Shown in pieces: positions 19,791 to 29,829 of a stretch of DNA of 64,000 nt. Both the position numbers and the translations under genes were made by a program. This DNA is from Bacillota bacterium (GTDB taxonomy: Bacteria; Bacillota; UBA994; UBA5500). Numbering within the stretch: position 1 is the stretch's first letter; the number at the start of each line of letters is the position of its first letter. The DNA lies in NCBI GenBank assembly GCA_050949085.1, contig JBMNFB010000001.1:712567-776566 (forward strand), written 5' to 3'. The notes below the pieces were generated by a model, which was given only the letters and a program-made list of their open reading frames with translations, had not been told where the DNA came from and searched no databases.

Positions 19791-21368
19791 CTACTTCTTG
19801 AGGATAAACTGCCCGAGGCGCAGCTCGGTCTGCTCACCGTTCCGCAGCGCAGGTTGGCCAGCCATAAAAACGTGGTGGATTCCGACTGGTGGCTGGAACG
19901 GGTTCTCGTACGTCGCCCTGTCGGTCACCCGCTCGGGGTCAAAGACGGTGATGTCGGCCACCTTCCCTGTCTGCAGGAAGCCACGGTCGGTGAGGCCAAT
20001 GATCGCTGCCGACAGGCCGGTGATGCGATGCACCGCCTGCTCCAGGGAGCAGATCCCCTGCTCGCGGACCAGGCGCAGGAAGCGCGGGAAAGTGCCGAAG
20101 TTGCGCGGATGCGGTTTGCCAGCGTTCTCGCTAGCGCTGAGCGGCAAAGCAGTGCCGTCACTGCCAATCGCATAGTCATTCTGCGCCAGCATGTAGGCGA
20201 CGTCCTCATCGCTCATGGCAAAGGAGATGCAGGTGGCTGCAGCATTGGTCTCAATCGTCACCTTGGCAATCGTCTCAGGCATGGAGAGACCGAGTTCCTG
20301 GCTCAACTGCCAGATGTTCTTGCCATCGGCGATGGGATAGCGTCCACCGGTGGTGACCACGACCAGCCCCTCACCATCCCGCTGTGTTTCAAATGCCTTG
20401 CTCAGAAAGTCAATAATCTCCTGCCGCCGCTCTCCCTGGAGGTGAGCTATGGCCATTCCCCTGCCGCCCTGAATCGCCCATTTGGGGAAGGAGTTGGTGA
20501 TGCCCGAAGAAGCCGCGGTGTAAGGATAGACGTCCACCGTCACGTTAATGCCGGCGGCGCGGGCGCGGGCCACATCCTCCACCAGCTCCGGCGCGCGCCC
20601 CCAATTGGCCTTGCCGCTGGCCTTGAAGTGGGCGATATGCACATGCGCCCCGGTCGTGCGGTTGATCTCGTACATCTCTTCCAGCGAGCGCAGGGCGTTG
20701 TTGCCCTGATCACGCATGTGCGAAGTGATGATGCCGTCATATTTAGCCACCACCGCACCCAGGGCGTTCAGTTCCTCTTGATCAGATGAGACACCCGGTG
20801 TATAACCCAGGCCCAGCGAGAGGCCCCAGGCCCCGGTCTGCATGTCGCGTTCCAGGAGCTGCTGCATCTCGCGCAGCTCCTCGGGAGTCGCCTTGCGGTC
20901 AGCGTAGCCCATCACACCGCAGCGAAGCGCGCCATGGCCGATCAGGGGGATCAGGTTGGTGCCCATCCGCTTCCGCTGAGCCTGCACCTTGTCCAGAAAC
21001 TCCTGTAGCGACCCAGACGCAAACTCCCCCACCCAGCGGCCGGCGAACTGGCGAATATTGTCCAGCCGGTCGGCCGGGCAGGGGTAGATGGTGGAACCGC
21101 ACTGGCCGGCCAGCTCACTGGTCACGCCTTGATAGAGCTTGGCTTCACCCCGCTCATCGCGCAGGAAAATGGTATCTGAATGAGAGTGTATGTCAATGAA
21201 GCCGGGTGTCACCGCCAAACCGGTCACGTCGATAACTTCTGCGGCAGCCGCATTGATTTCAGGTGCGATTTCGGCAATCTTGCCATCCTTGATGGCGACA
21301 TCGGCCCGGTAGGCTGGGCTACCTGTGCCATCGATGACCGTACCGCCCTTAAGAATATAATTGTACAC
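19791..21368 (-). CDS. N-acyl-D-amino-acid deacylase (D-aminoacylase), amidohydrolase superfamily
   Basis: GFIDIHSHSD metal-binding motif and D-aminoacylase-like length. GTG start (VYNYILKGGTVIDG) after GGGGG. Confidence 0.85.
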   Translation of the reverse strand: MYNYILKGGTVIDGTGSPAYRADVAIKDGKIAEIAPEINAAAAEVIDVTGLAVTPGFIDIHSHSDTIFLRDERGEAKLYQGVTSELAGQCGSTIYPCPADRLDNIRQFAGRWVGEFASGSLQEFLDKVQAQRKRMGTNLIPLIGHGALRCGVMGYADRKATPEELREMQQLLERDMQTGAWGLSLGLGYTPGVSSDQEELNALGAVVAKYDGIITSHMRDQGNNALRSLEEMYEINRTTGAHVHIAHFKASGKANWGRAPELVEDVARARAAGINVTVDVYPYTAASSGITNSFPKWAIQGGRGMAIAHLQGERRQEIIDFLSKAFETQRDGEGLVVVTTGGRYPIADGKNIWQLSQELGLSMPETIAKVTIETNAAATCISFAMSDEDVAYMLAQNDYAIGSDGTALPLSASENAGKPHPRNFGTFPRFLRLVREQGICSLEQAVHRITGLSAAIIGLTDRGFLQTGKVADITVFDPERVTDRATYENPFQPPVGIHHVFMAGQPALRNGEQTELRLGQFILKK

Positions 21369-21511
21369 GCTTCTACCCCCTTCAATTAGTAACTCCTGAC
21401 CTATTCCTCCCACCAAATCTTATCACAGGAGCTGAGAGACAAAACCCAAAGCTGGAGGAGAGATTTGTTGGACAATTGACGGACTGCGAGATGTTGTCCG
21501 GAAACAATGCT

Positions 21512-21539
21512 GGCCTGCTGCTTCACACAACAGCAGGCC
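21512..21539 (-). terminator. Hairpin downstream of DegV gene
   Basis: GGCCTGCTG-loop-CAGCAGGCC 9-bp stem. Confidence 0.35.
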
Positions 21540-21579
21540 AGCAATCAGCAAGCTCAGGCCAAAGCAGGCGTGTCCCAGT

Positions 21580-22446
21580 CTAGAACGAAATGATCAGCCC
21601 GCCCTCGCCGGCGTAGGTGGCCATGGTAGCGCCCATGGCATTGATGATCACATCGCGCGCGTTGCTGCGCTCGGTCAGCGCTTGCCCAATATCAGCCGCG
21701 TCCGCCGAATTCCGGAAATGAGTGATACCCACATCGCGTCCCGTGAGGTCGGGAGCAAAACCCTGGATGGTGTGCAGCGCCCGGCCAAGAAACCTCTTGC
21801 CGCCGCGCACCTTCTCCAGCAGCTGCACCTCCCCATCCACGTTGTGAAGCAGCGCCCGGATGTTAAGGACATTCGCCAGTCCCCCCTGCAGGCGACTGAG
21901 GCGGCCGCCCTTGACGATGTTCTCAAGGGTCTGGAGCAGAATGACGATCTTCATCCGCTGACGGTATTGCTGCAGCTCGTCCAGCGCTTCGCGCATGGTG
22001 CATCCAGCCTTCGCCAGCTCGCAGGCTTTGAGCACCTGCAGTCCATGCCCAAGCGATCCGGCCAGAGTATCGAACACATTGGCACCGACAGCGGATAAAT
22101 CGCGACCCAGGCAGGCCGACTGATAGGTGCCGCTAAGCTTGGACGAGATAGTCAGGCAGAGTACCTGGCCAAAATCCGAGAGTTCGCGGAAGACGTCGGC
22201 AAAGACGGCCGGCGAAGGCTGCGAAGTCTTAGGTAGCGCCTGGCTGCGCGCCATCCTGTCGTAGAATTCAGCCTGGCTGATATCTACCCCTTCTCGAAAC
22301 ACTTCGCCATCGATGCTGATGTTCAGCGGGACAACCTTGATGTTGTGTTCCTTAACGAGTTCCTCCGGCAGATCACAGGAGCTGTCGGTGACTACCTGCA
22401 GCACTGCACCATCCCCCCATTCATGCGGTTGGGCCTGACAGAACAT
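21580..22446 (-). CDS. DegV-family fatty-acid-binding protein
   Basis: VVTDSSCDLP...KVVPL DegV N-terminal signature; start approximate. Confidence 0.85.
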   Translation of the reverse strand: MFCQAQPHEWGDGAVLQVVTDSSCDLPEELVKEHNIKVVPLNISIDGEVFREGVDISQAEFYDRMARSQALPKTSQPSPAVFADVFRELSDFGQVLCLTISSKLSGTYQSACLGRDLSAVGANVFDTLAGSLGHGLQVLKACELAKAGCTMREALDELQQYRQRMKIVILLQTLENIVKGGRLSRLQGGLANVLNIRALLHNVDGEVQLLEKVRGGKRFLGRALHTIQGFAPDLTGRDVGITHFRNSADAADIGQALTERSNARDVIINAMGATMATYAGEGGLIISF

Positions 22447-22591
22447 TCCTGTCTCTATGATGCCCACAAGGGGACAGTTTCTCCACCCTGCTCGATAGTC
22501 CTGCATACGAAAGAACTGTTCGGGTAAGATCGCGCCACTCGATGACTCCCAACCTGGGATTGGTCGATTCAGTCACATTGCTTCCCTCCCT

Positions 22592-23368
22592 TCAGGCGAG
22601 GTATGGCCGTACCCATATCAGGCTCATTCGGCAGCGGGGATCACTCCCCCTCCCCACGAGAGGCGAGGACTCGCCAGACGGGAGCTCCTCGCTATCGTCC
22701 CTGGCGGCCAGGGCAAACGCCTTCTCCAGATAGTCCAGCGCACTGTCCGGCCGGCCACCCTCGGCTTCGATCTCGGCCACGTTGACCGCCTCCATCCACC
22801 CCTGGAAGAGAAGGCTGCCTGTACGGCCGAAGAGTTCAGCCAGAGCAACCAGCTGATCGCCATGGCGTTTGGCGATAGCTGGCGCGCCCTGGCGACGCAC
22901 GATTGAGGCCAGGCAGCTCAGGGAGAGCGCTATCGTGTTCAGGCTGCGTTCCAGGTTCGAGCGAGCGGTCCGCTCGGCCTGTTCGTAATCCTGTCTGCGA
23001 AAATACAGCTGCGCCAGTGCCGGGCTGGGGTCAAATTCGACGGCTGGCAGCAGCTTGCGGAAGCAGGCTTCAGCCTCGGCGTATTGCCCCTGATCCAGAT
23101 AGAGGTATCCCAGCGAATGATAGGCCGCCGGTTCGTGTAATGCCAGTTGCAGGAGCAGCTCTCTGGCTTCATCCAGGTACGTCTTGTCCCCCTTCCGCTG
23201 CCCTAGCCAGGACGGGGTGAAGGCCAGCAATTGGCGCAGTTCCGGGTCATCCGGTTTGAGTCTCTCGCCCTCTCGCAGCCTACCCACAGCATCTCCTCTG
23301 CCACTGGCTCCGACCGCGGCCGCCTGACCCAGTCGAGGGCGAGACGTCGGGCGATGGTGCATAGCCAC
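22592..23368 (-). CDS. TPR-repeat protein (start uncertain; 5' end overlaps the chimeric ORF)
   Basis: Multiple TPR-like motifs (AYHSLGYLYLDQGQYAEAEACFRKL, LYFRRQDYEQAERTAR). Confidence 0.55.
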   Translation of the reverse strand: MAMHHRPTSRPRLGQAAAVGASGRGDAVGRLREGERLKPDDPELRQLLAFTPSWLGQRKGDKTYLDEARELLLQLALHEPAAYHSLGYLYLDQGQYAEAEACFRKLLPAVEFDPSPALAQLYFRRQDYEQAERTARSNLERSLNTIALSLSCLASIVRRQGAPAIAKRHGDQLVALAELFGRTGSLLFQGWMEAVNVAEIEAEGGRPDSALDYLEKAFALAARDDSEELPSGESSPLVGRGSDPRCRMSLIWVRPYLA

Positions 23369-24582
23369 GGCCCGAAGCTCTCCGGACTGCGCAGGCTGGG
23401 AAGCCGCTGATAGGCCTTGATGAACGTTTCCTGGGCAATGTCCTCAGCCTGATGGAAATCGCCTGCGCGTGAACTGTGCGCCTCGAACAGCTCTGTCAAT
23501 GTCTGCAACTGACCAGCGCGCAGGCTGGTGTTCAGGAACTGGCCGTAACCCATGGATAGGCCAATCAACGTATACCCGAGCTGCCAGATGGCCCCGAGCG
23601 TGAGGACTATCTGGCCGGCCGTACCTCCACTGCTGACGATGGAGTCCAGAGGTACGATCAGCCCGGCCGCTGCCCCCAGCCAGGAGACGAATATCAGCAG
23701 CTCATTGAAAGCCACCTGCTTCTTATAAATGCCGAGCTGGCGGCGGTAGGCAGTGTCAAAGATCCCGCGGTACTTATCGACCAGGACGCGGCGCAGCCCG
23801 AACAGACTTCTCTCATGGGCCACCTGGTCGTCAAAGACCAGCTGCCGCAGGTAAGTAAGCTTGCGTCGCTCTGGCAGGTTGCCCAGCAAGCCAACCCAGG
23901 ACAGGCTGATAACCTTCTTCTCCAGGAACACCATCGGCAGCAGAGAGGCGATAACGAGGACAAGTACGAGTGGATGGGTCACCATGAGCAGGGCGATCAG
24001 CGCGGCCCCGGTTAGCAGATGGCTGACCATCCGCCGCAGCGCACTCACAGATAACATGACGTAAGCGCCCAGTTCACCCAGCAGGCGCACACTGTCGTGA
24101 TACAGCTCCTGCTCGAAAACCTCCAGTGTCTGGACGCGCGCCACCCGCTCGATCATCAGGGCAAGGGCGCGCTGATCCACCTTATCGCGCAAGACGGCCT
24201 GCAGCAGGCTGGGCAGGTTTTCGGCCGAAGTAGAAAACAGGAGCAAAATGGCATAGCAGGCTAATGCTCTGGAGCTGCGCGCCAGCCCCTCACTGATCAC
24301 GCTGTCCAGAGCGAGCTGCTGACTGCGCAGCAAGACGGCCGGCAGAAAACCCTGGAGCAGCATTTTCGCCAGAAACAGGGCGAACAACAACGGGCTCGGG
24401 CGGTTAAAGTGACGGCGAACTTGAGAGTGGCGATCAGGTTGCTGCGCTGCTGCATATCTCGTCCTCCCATCTGCACGTGGCAGAGGAATAAAAACCCCTC
24501 CGTCAATACAGACGGGTGAGAGGCGCAAGAACTGTCTTGAATCTGAAAGTAGAGCGGCGGGACAAGCGAAACGGGAGGGCAT
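23203..24582 (-). CDS. Chimeric ORF: ABC-exporter-type six-helix membrane domain fused in frame to an ECF sigma-70 region-2-like segment; no NBD and no region 4 (fusion or pseudogene candidate)
   Basis: N-terminal 400 aa resembles ABC_membrane TMDs (x-loop/coupling-helix region, ...LQTLTELFE end). C-terminus AEDIAQETFIKAYQRLPSLRSPESFGPWLCTIARRLALDWVRR matches sigma70_r2. Confidence 0.45.
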   Translation of the reverse strand: MPSRFACPAALLSDSRQFLRLSPVCIDGGVFIPLPRADGRTRYAAAQQPDRHSQVRRHFNRPSPLLFALFLAKMLLQGFLPAVLLRSQQLALDSVISEGLARSSRALACYAILLLFSTSAENLPSLLQAVLRDKVDQRALALMIERVARVQTLEVFEQELYHDSVRLLGELGAYVMLSVSALRRMVSHLLTGAALIALLMVTHPLVLVLVIASLLPMVFLEKKVISLSWVGLLGNLPERRKLTYLRQLVFDDQVAHERSLFGLRRVLVDKYRGIFDTAYRRQLGIYKKQVAFNELLIFVSWLGAAAGLIVPLDSIVSSGGTAGQIVLTLGAIWQLGYTLIGLSMGYGQFLNTSLRAGQLQTLTELFEAHSSRAGDFHQAEDIAQETFIKAYQRLPSLRSPESFGPWLCTIARRLALDWVRRPRSEPVAEEMLWVGCERARDSNRMTRNCANCWPSPRPG

Positions 24583-24599
24583 AACCCTCCCTTTTCGCC

Positions 24600-27221
24600 C
24601 TAGAGATTCTCGTTTTTCAGAGCGTCGAGGATGTTTTCGCGGCGCACGCGGTTGCGCGAATACTTCATGCTGATAAAGACAACCAGGAAGACGCTGATGG
24701 TGGCGATGGCCATTCCAGTGAGCGGCAGCCGGAACGGCATATCGACGCCTTCGTTAATGCTGCCGTGGATCAGCCAGGTGACCCCGACTGAGACGGGCAG
24801 GCCGTAAAGCAGCGCGCGCAGTCCGTAAAAGATGCACTCGAAGTCGAGCATGCGGTTGAAGCCTTTCTCGGTCATCCCCACCGACTTCAACATGGCAAAC
24901 TCGCGTCGCCGCAGGTTGACATTGGTGGAGATGGTGTTGAAGACGTTGGCAATGGTGATCAGCGACATCAGGACGATGAATCCGTATGAGAAAACGGAGA
25001 TGATGGTGATCAGACTGCGGTCCGACTGCCCGGCTTCAGCCATATTGTAGAGGTTGCTGATGGGCAGACCCTGGGTCTGGAGAACCTCGCGAATCTCTTC
25101 TTCGGCCTGCGCAGGTCGATCGGCTGTTAGATAGATGCTGGTGAAATTCGGCTCGCCCCAAAGGGCCGTTGCCAGCTGAGCATCGATGACGAGGAAGATC
25201 TCTCCGTGCTGAGCATAGGGCTGTACGCCCTGTGGCGCTGTATCGGCCAGCGCAGCCACTTGCATCTGCACCGCTGTCGGCGCTTCACCGCCGTCCCAGA
25301 GCGTCAGCTCCAGGCTTGTCGGCGCCGGACGGGCAAAGATACTGGTGTTGCGGTATCTGCCCTCCGCCGGGCTGTAGAAGTGCTGCTGGTCGATGACGAT
25401 GGCTGCCGGTCTCTCTGGCTTCCGCAATTCAGCAGCATCAAGACCGAATCCAGCGGCATAGTCGCTGAAGGTAGCCGAGTCCACGGCGTGGATGCGCAGG
25501 CTTACGGTAAGCGCCCCCTCTTCCCCACCAGTCTCTGCTCCTCCCGACCCTTCGTAGTAATCGGGATCGACCTGCTCCGGCTGCAGCTTTACGCTGCCAT
25601 AGTATGGCGAGACGATGGAGCCGGAACTGACACTGGGCAATGCGATAAGCTGGGCCCGGAGCGGCTCAACAGGGATCTGGGCCAATGCTGCGTTCACCAT
25701 GTAATAAGAAAGGTCGTAGTTCGTGTTCTCATAGACGTTGCTCACACCATTGCGCAGGTATCCGGAAAAAGCAGTCGCCGATATGAAGAGCACCACGCTG
25801 ATAAACAGCGAGAAAACGGTGCTGCGATAGCGGCGCCGGCTGCGCTTGAGGTTCTTCAGGGCTAGCTCGCCCGGGAAGCCGAACAGCTTCCGGGTCAGGC
25901 GCGAGGTCCTGACTTGTTTGGCGGACACCCTGGTCTCACTGGTCTGTCTGATGGCATCCATGGCCGAAATTCGGGCCACCCGGCGTGCCGGGATATAGGC
26001 CGAAATCAGTATCGTCACCAGCGCCAGCAGAGCCGAAATCAGCAGGGCAGGCAGCGGCACAACGAGATGGAAGGTAACCGCCTGGCCCATTACACTCCGC
26101 CCCAATACGACGGCCAATTCGGTCTCCAGGCAACGCAGCGTGACGGCGATGCCGGCTACGCCAGCACCGATACCCAACGGCACGCCGATTCCGCCAATGA
26201 TCAGGGCCTCAAAGAAGACGGAACGTTTCAGCTGCCGAGCAGTCGCACCGACGCTGGCCAGCAAACCGAAGTGTTTCTCCCGCTCGCTGGTGGAGATAGA
26301 GAACGAGTTATTGATCAGGCTGACTGAGCCGACGACGATCAGTCCGAGCAGAATGGCACCCAGACCATAGAGGGCGGTCAGGAAATTGCGGTTACCGCTG
26401 ATCCCCATAAAGCGCAGGAGCTCACTATTTGTCTCGATACTGCTGTACTCATTTAGTACAAGCTCTCTCTCTATCCGACTGGTTAGCTGATAGATCCGCC
26501 GCGGGTTACTGGCTCGGAAGTAGATCGTGATTTGTCCATCGCTGAGCGCCTCCTCGGCGAGTAGTGAGTAGAGCGTGAACCCTGGGGACGAGAAGCCTTC
26601 TATCGACCACGCTGGCCGACTGGCTAGGCCGACGATGGTGAAGGTCCTTGTCTCTTGCGGAACAAACCGCTCTGGATCGGTGTTATCCTCGCCTGATAAG
26701 TAGCTATTGTACTGATTCATGGCCCTCCCATCCGGCGCCAGGCGCTGCCCCAACTCCAGCGTCAGGGTTTCGCCCAGCCGATAGTTCACACCGCCTTCGG
26801 TGGCAATATGCGCCGTGATCACAGCTTCATCCGGCCGCTCTGGCAGCCGACCGCTCTCCAGACTGACGGGCATTGACTGAAAGGCCGCCTGATCATACTG
26901 CAACAGGTAAAGATAGGGCTTGCTGTCATGCCTGCTTCCAGGCAGCAGCGCATAGCCGCCGCCTTGCGCGACAGCCACGCCCTCCACGCCATCCATCTGT
27001 TGCAGGTCAGTCAGGTCGGCAACAGTGGCGTTATGCACGACTGCGTGCCAGTCACCCTCGTTAGCGATGGTGTAATCGATGATGTAAGCCTGCAGGCTGG
27101 CGATGAGCGTAGTTACGGCCGTAATCATCGCTGCCGAGAGAATAACGCCGATGATTGTGACAATCGTGCGCGTCCGGTTTTTTCTTAACCCCGCCAGGGT
27201 GACCCGGTTGATAACGTTCAT
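24600..27221 (-). CDS. ABC transporter permease with duplicated FtsX/MacB-like units (873 aa)
   Basis: Two 4-helix FtsX-type modules, each preceded by a large extracytoplasmic domain. Confidence 0.85.
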   Translation of the reverse strand: MNVINRVTLAGLRKNRTRTIVTIIGVILSAAMITAVTTLIASLQAYIIDYTIANEGDWHAVVHNATVADLTDLQQMDGVEGVAVAQGGGYALLPGSRHDSKPYLYLLQYDQAAFQSMPVSLESGRLPERPDEAVITAHIATEGGVNYRLGETLTLELGQRLAPDGRAMNQYNSYLSGEDNTDPERFVPQETRTFTIVGLASRPAWSIEGFSSPGFTLYSLLAEEALSDGQITIYFRASNPRRIYQLTSRIERELVLNEYSSIETNSELLRFMGISGNRNFLTALYGLGAILLGLIVVGSVSLINNSFSISTSEREKHFGLLASVGATARQLKRSVFFEALIIGGIGVPLGIGAGVAGIAVTLRCLETELAVVLGRSVMGQAVTFHLVVPLPALLISALLALVTILISAYIPARRVARISAMDAIRQTSETRVSAKQVRTSRLTRKLFGFPGELALKNLKRSRRRYRSTVFSLFISVVLFISATAFSGYLRNGVSNVYENTNYDLSYYMVNAALAQIPVEPLRAQLIALPSVSSGSIVSPYYGSVKLQPEQVDPDYYEGSGGAETGGEEGALTVSLRIHAVDSATFSDYAAGFGLDAAELRKPERPAAIVIDQQHFYSPAEGRYRNTSIFARPAPTSLELTLWDGGEAPTAVQMQVAALADTAPQGVQPYAQHGEIFLVIDAQLATALWGEPNFTSIYLTADRPAQAEEEIREVLQTQGLPISNLYNMAEAGQSDRSLITIISVFSYGFIVLMSLITIANVFNTISTNVNLRRREFAMLKSVGMTEKGFNRMLDFECIFYGLRALLYGLPVSVGVTWLIHGSINEGVDMPFRLPLTGMAIATISVFLVVFISMKYSRNRVRRENILDALKNENL

Positions 27222-27901
27222 CAGCGGATCACCTCGTCGCGGGCGATTCTCCCATCCTCGATGCTGATCACTCGGTCGGCCTGAATGGCAATCCGTTCAT
27301 CGTGGGTAATGATGATCAGGGTCTGCTTATACTGCCGATTGAACAGCTTCAGCAGACTGACGATCTCCCTGCTATTCTTGCTGTCCAGATTACCGGTGGG
27401 CTCGTCGGCCAGCACCAGCGCCGGGTGGTTGATCAGCGCCCGCCCGATGGAAACCCGCTGCTGCTCGCCACCCGAAAGCTGATTGGGCAGATGATGCAGC
27501 CGGCCCGTGAGCCCCAGGGTGGTGAGTAACTGCTGCAGGTACTCCTGATCCTCTTCCCGACCGTCTAGCAGCAGCGGCAGGGTGATATTTTCTTCGACGT
27601 TGAGCACAGGGATAAGGTTATAGAACTGGTAGATCAACCCGATCTGACGACGCCGGAAAATGGCTAGCCGGGATTCGTCCAGACTGTAGATATCGGCCCC
27701 ATCGATGAGTACCTTGCCAGATGTGGGGCGGTCCACGCCGCCAATCATGTGTAGCAGCGTCGACTTGCCCGAGCCGGAAGGCCCGATCACAGCGACAAAT
27801 TCGCCTTCTTCCACCGTGAGTGACACGTTGTCCAGAGCAGTGACTGCGGTCTGCCCCTGGCCATAGATCTTGGTCAGGTCTTGCACCTGAAGTAATGGCA
27901 T
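27221..27901 (-). CDS. ABC transporter ATP-binding protein (MacB/LolD-type)
   Basis: GPSGSGKST Walker A, LSGGEQQRV signature, LVLADEPTGNLD Walker B. Start taken as the internal ATG (MPLLQVQDL); the track ORF starts at 27988. Confidence 0.9.
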   Translation of the reverse strand: MPLLQVQDLTKIYGQGQTAVTALDNVSLTVEEGEFVAVIGPSGSGKSTLLHMIGGVDRPTSGKVLIDGADIYSLDESRLAIFRRRQIGLIYQFYNLIPVLNVEENITLPLLLDGREEDQEYLQQLLTTLGLTGRLHHLPNQLSGGEQQRVSIGRALINHPALVLADEPTGNLDSKNSREIVSLLKLFNRQYKQTLIIITHDERIAIQADRVISIEDGRIARDEVIR

Positions 27902-28002
27902 GAAAGCACCTCCATGATTACCCTTCTGAGCCGATTCTACAAAACCTAGGTGACTTTCCAGTGACTGCGCCGGTGACAATTTAGTCACCCTGGGCCGACA
28001 CT

Positions 28003-29019
28003 CTACACTGCAGACTTGTAGAACCGCAGATAGAAGGTGCTGCCCTCCCCTGCCCTGCTCTCTACTGTGATGTCACCCTGCTGGCTGCGCATGATGCTGC
28101 GCGACATGGCCAGACCGATGCCGATGCTATCGGGCGAGGCATTCTTGCCCCGATAGAAGCGAGTAAAGATGTGGGGCAAGTCTGCCCTTTCGATGCCGCT
28201 TCCGTTATCGGCAATGGTCATCTCGCTGTACAGAGGATTATTCGACACAGCGATCTCAATCCGCCCGCCATGCGGTGTGTGCTCAATGGAGTTTTTCAGG
28301 ATGTTGGTCAGGGCTTCTGTCGTCCAGGGGAGGTCACAACAGACAACTTCCTCGGAACCAATCTGCACGCAATCGATCTCTTTCGCCTCCAGGCGAATCA
28401 GCAGAGGCTGCAATGCTCGATCCAGAAGCGTCTGTGCAAGAACGGGGGCACGCTTCATCTGCACCACGCCAGTATCCAGCTGGGACATCCTCAGCAGCGC
28501 CGAGACCAGCCATTCCATGCGTTCCAGCTGAGCACGCAGGTGCGAGGTGAACTCGCGGCGACGGGCGAGGGGGAGCTGCTCATCCTGCAGCAGGTCGACC
28601 ATCACCAGCAGCGAAGTGAGTGGGGTCTTCAGCTGATGCGAGATATCGGCCATCTGCTCGGCCAGGAGCAGCTTGTCGTGCTGCAGTTGCTCGTTGTACT
28701 CGGAGAGCATCTGTGTGACCTTGTAGATCTCGCTTTTCAGGATACTCAGCTCGCCTTCCTCGTTGTCTCGAATATCCAGGGCCGCGCCGCGTCCTGCGCT
28801 GAGGCGCCGCAAGTACTCGGACAGACGGCGAATGTTTCGGTAGCGCTGTGCGGTGAAAGCGGCGAAAATCAGCGAAAGCAGAATGACGCTGCTGAGGACA
28901 AGGAGCGCTGTCGGAGGGCCAATTAGCCAGCCGGCACCGATCAGCACCAGACCCAGCGCTGCCAGCGCCAGTAGTAACGCGCGCACTTCCCCAAAGCGCA
29001 GCAATCCGAATCCCCCCAT
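28003..29019 (-). CDS. Membrane sensor histidine kinase (HisKA + HATPase_c)
   Basis: Two N-terminal TM segments, H-box ADISHQLKTPLTSL, HATPase_c; stop adjacent to the regulator start. Confidence 0.85.
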   Translation of the reverse strand: MGGFGLLRFGEVRALLLALAALGLVLIGAGWLIGPPTALLVLSSVILLSLIFAAFTAQRYRNIRRLSEYLRRLSAGRGAALDIRDNEEGELSILKSEIYKVTQMLSEYNEQLQHDKLLLAEQMADISHQLKTPLTSLLVMVDLLQDEQLPLARRREFTSHLRAQLERMEWLVSALLRMSQLDTGVVQMKRAPVLAQTLLDRALQPLLIRLEAKEIDCVQIGSEEVVCCDLPWTTEALTNILKNSIEHTPHGGRIEIAVSNNPLYSEMTIADNGSGIERADLPHIFTRFYRGKNASPDSIGIGLAMSRSIMRSQQGDITVESRAGEGSTFYLRFYKSAV

Positions 29020-29709
29020 CTAGATCTGATACCCCAGGCCGCGCACCGTCTTGATGATCTGCGGATTCTGCGGGTCATCCTCAACCTTTTCGCGCAATCG
29101 CTTAATGTAGACCGTCAGGGTATTGTCATTGACAAAATCGCCAGAAACATCCCAGACGCTCTGAAGCAGCTGCGTGCGAGTCACTGTCTGCCCGGCGTGG
29201 TTGATCAAGGTCAGCAGCAGGCGATACTCCAGCGCGGTGAGGAAGAGGTCGTTGCCGCCCTTGCTCACCTTCCCTTCGCTCAGGTTGACCAGCAAGTTCC
29301 CGTGGCACCAGACGGCCTTCGCCTCGACACCAGGCCGGGTGCGACGCAGCACGCTGCGGATGCGCGACTGCAACTCCCGCAACCGAAACGGCTTGGTGAT
29401 ATAGTCATCGGCGCCAATATCAAGCCCCAGCACCACGCTGCCCTCGTCATCCCGGACGGTAAGGAAGATGACCGGCGTATCGCCCCTGGCCTTAAGCTCA
29501 CGGCAGATGTCAAATCCGTTGCCATCAGGCAGCGAAACGTCCAGCAGGGCCAAGTCAAACTGGGCAGCGGCGATTTGCTCGCGGGCAGAAGCAGCATCTG
29601 GACAGACGGTAACAGCGGAGCCCTCCTGTTTCAGGGCATATTCCAGGCCCAAAGCTATGGAGTGATCATCCTCCACCAGGATGATGCGCAGTTTCTGGTC
29701 CGGTCTCAT
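29020..29709 (-). CDS. OmpR/PhoB-family response regulator
   Basis: Receiver plus winged-helix output (TVRGLGYQI). Confidence 0.9.
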   Translation of the reverse strand: MRPDQKLRIILVEDDHSIALGLEYALKQEGSAVTVCPDAASAREQIAAAQFDLALLDVSLPDGNGFDICRELKARGDTPVIFLTVRDDEGSVVLGLDIGADDYITKPFRLRELQSRIRSVLRRTRPGVEAKAVWCHGNLLVNLSEGKVSKGGNDLFLTALEYRLLLTLINHAGQTVTRTQLLQSVWDVSGDFVNDNTLTVYIKRLREKVEDDPQNPQIIKTVRGLGYQI

Positions 29710-29829
29710 TGGATCAACTCCTTTCCCCCTGTTAGTCTACCTGACCCAGGAAAAGCGACGCAACAGCGGCGCTATCGCCGCTGTTGCGCAACATCATTTT
29801 CAGTTAACACCACCGTGACTGTCACCGGC

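Noticed and set aside
19602-20789. 395-aa plus-strand ORF inside the D-aminoacylase gene
   Set aside because: Antisense shadow ORF; the minus-strand amidohydrolase motifs are clear.
28171-28926. 251-aa plus-strand ORF inside the sensor kinase gene
   Set aside because: Antisense to a well-supported HK gene, with a low-complexity Q/L/R-rich translation.
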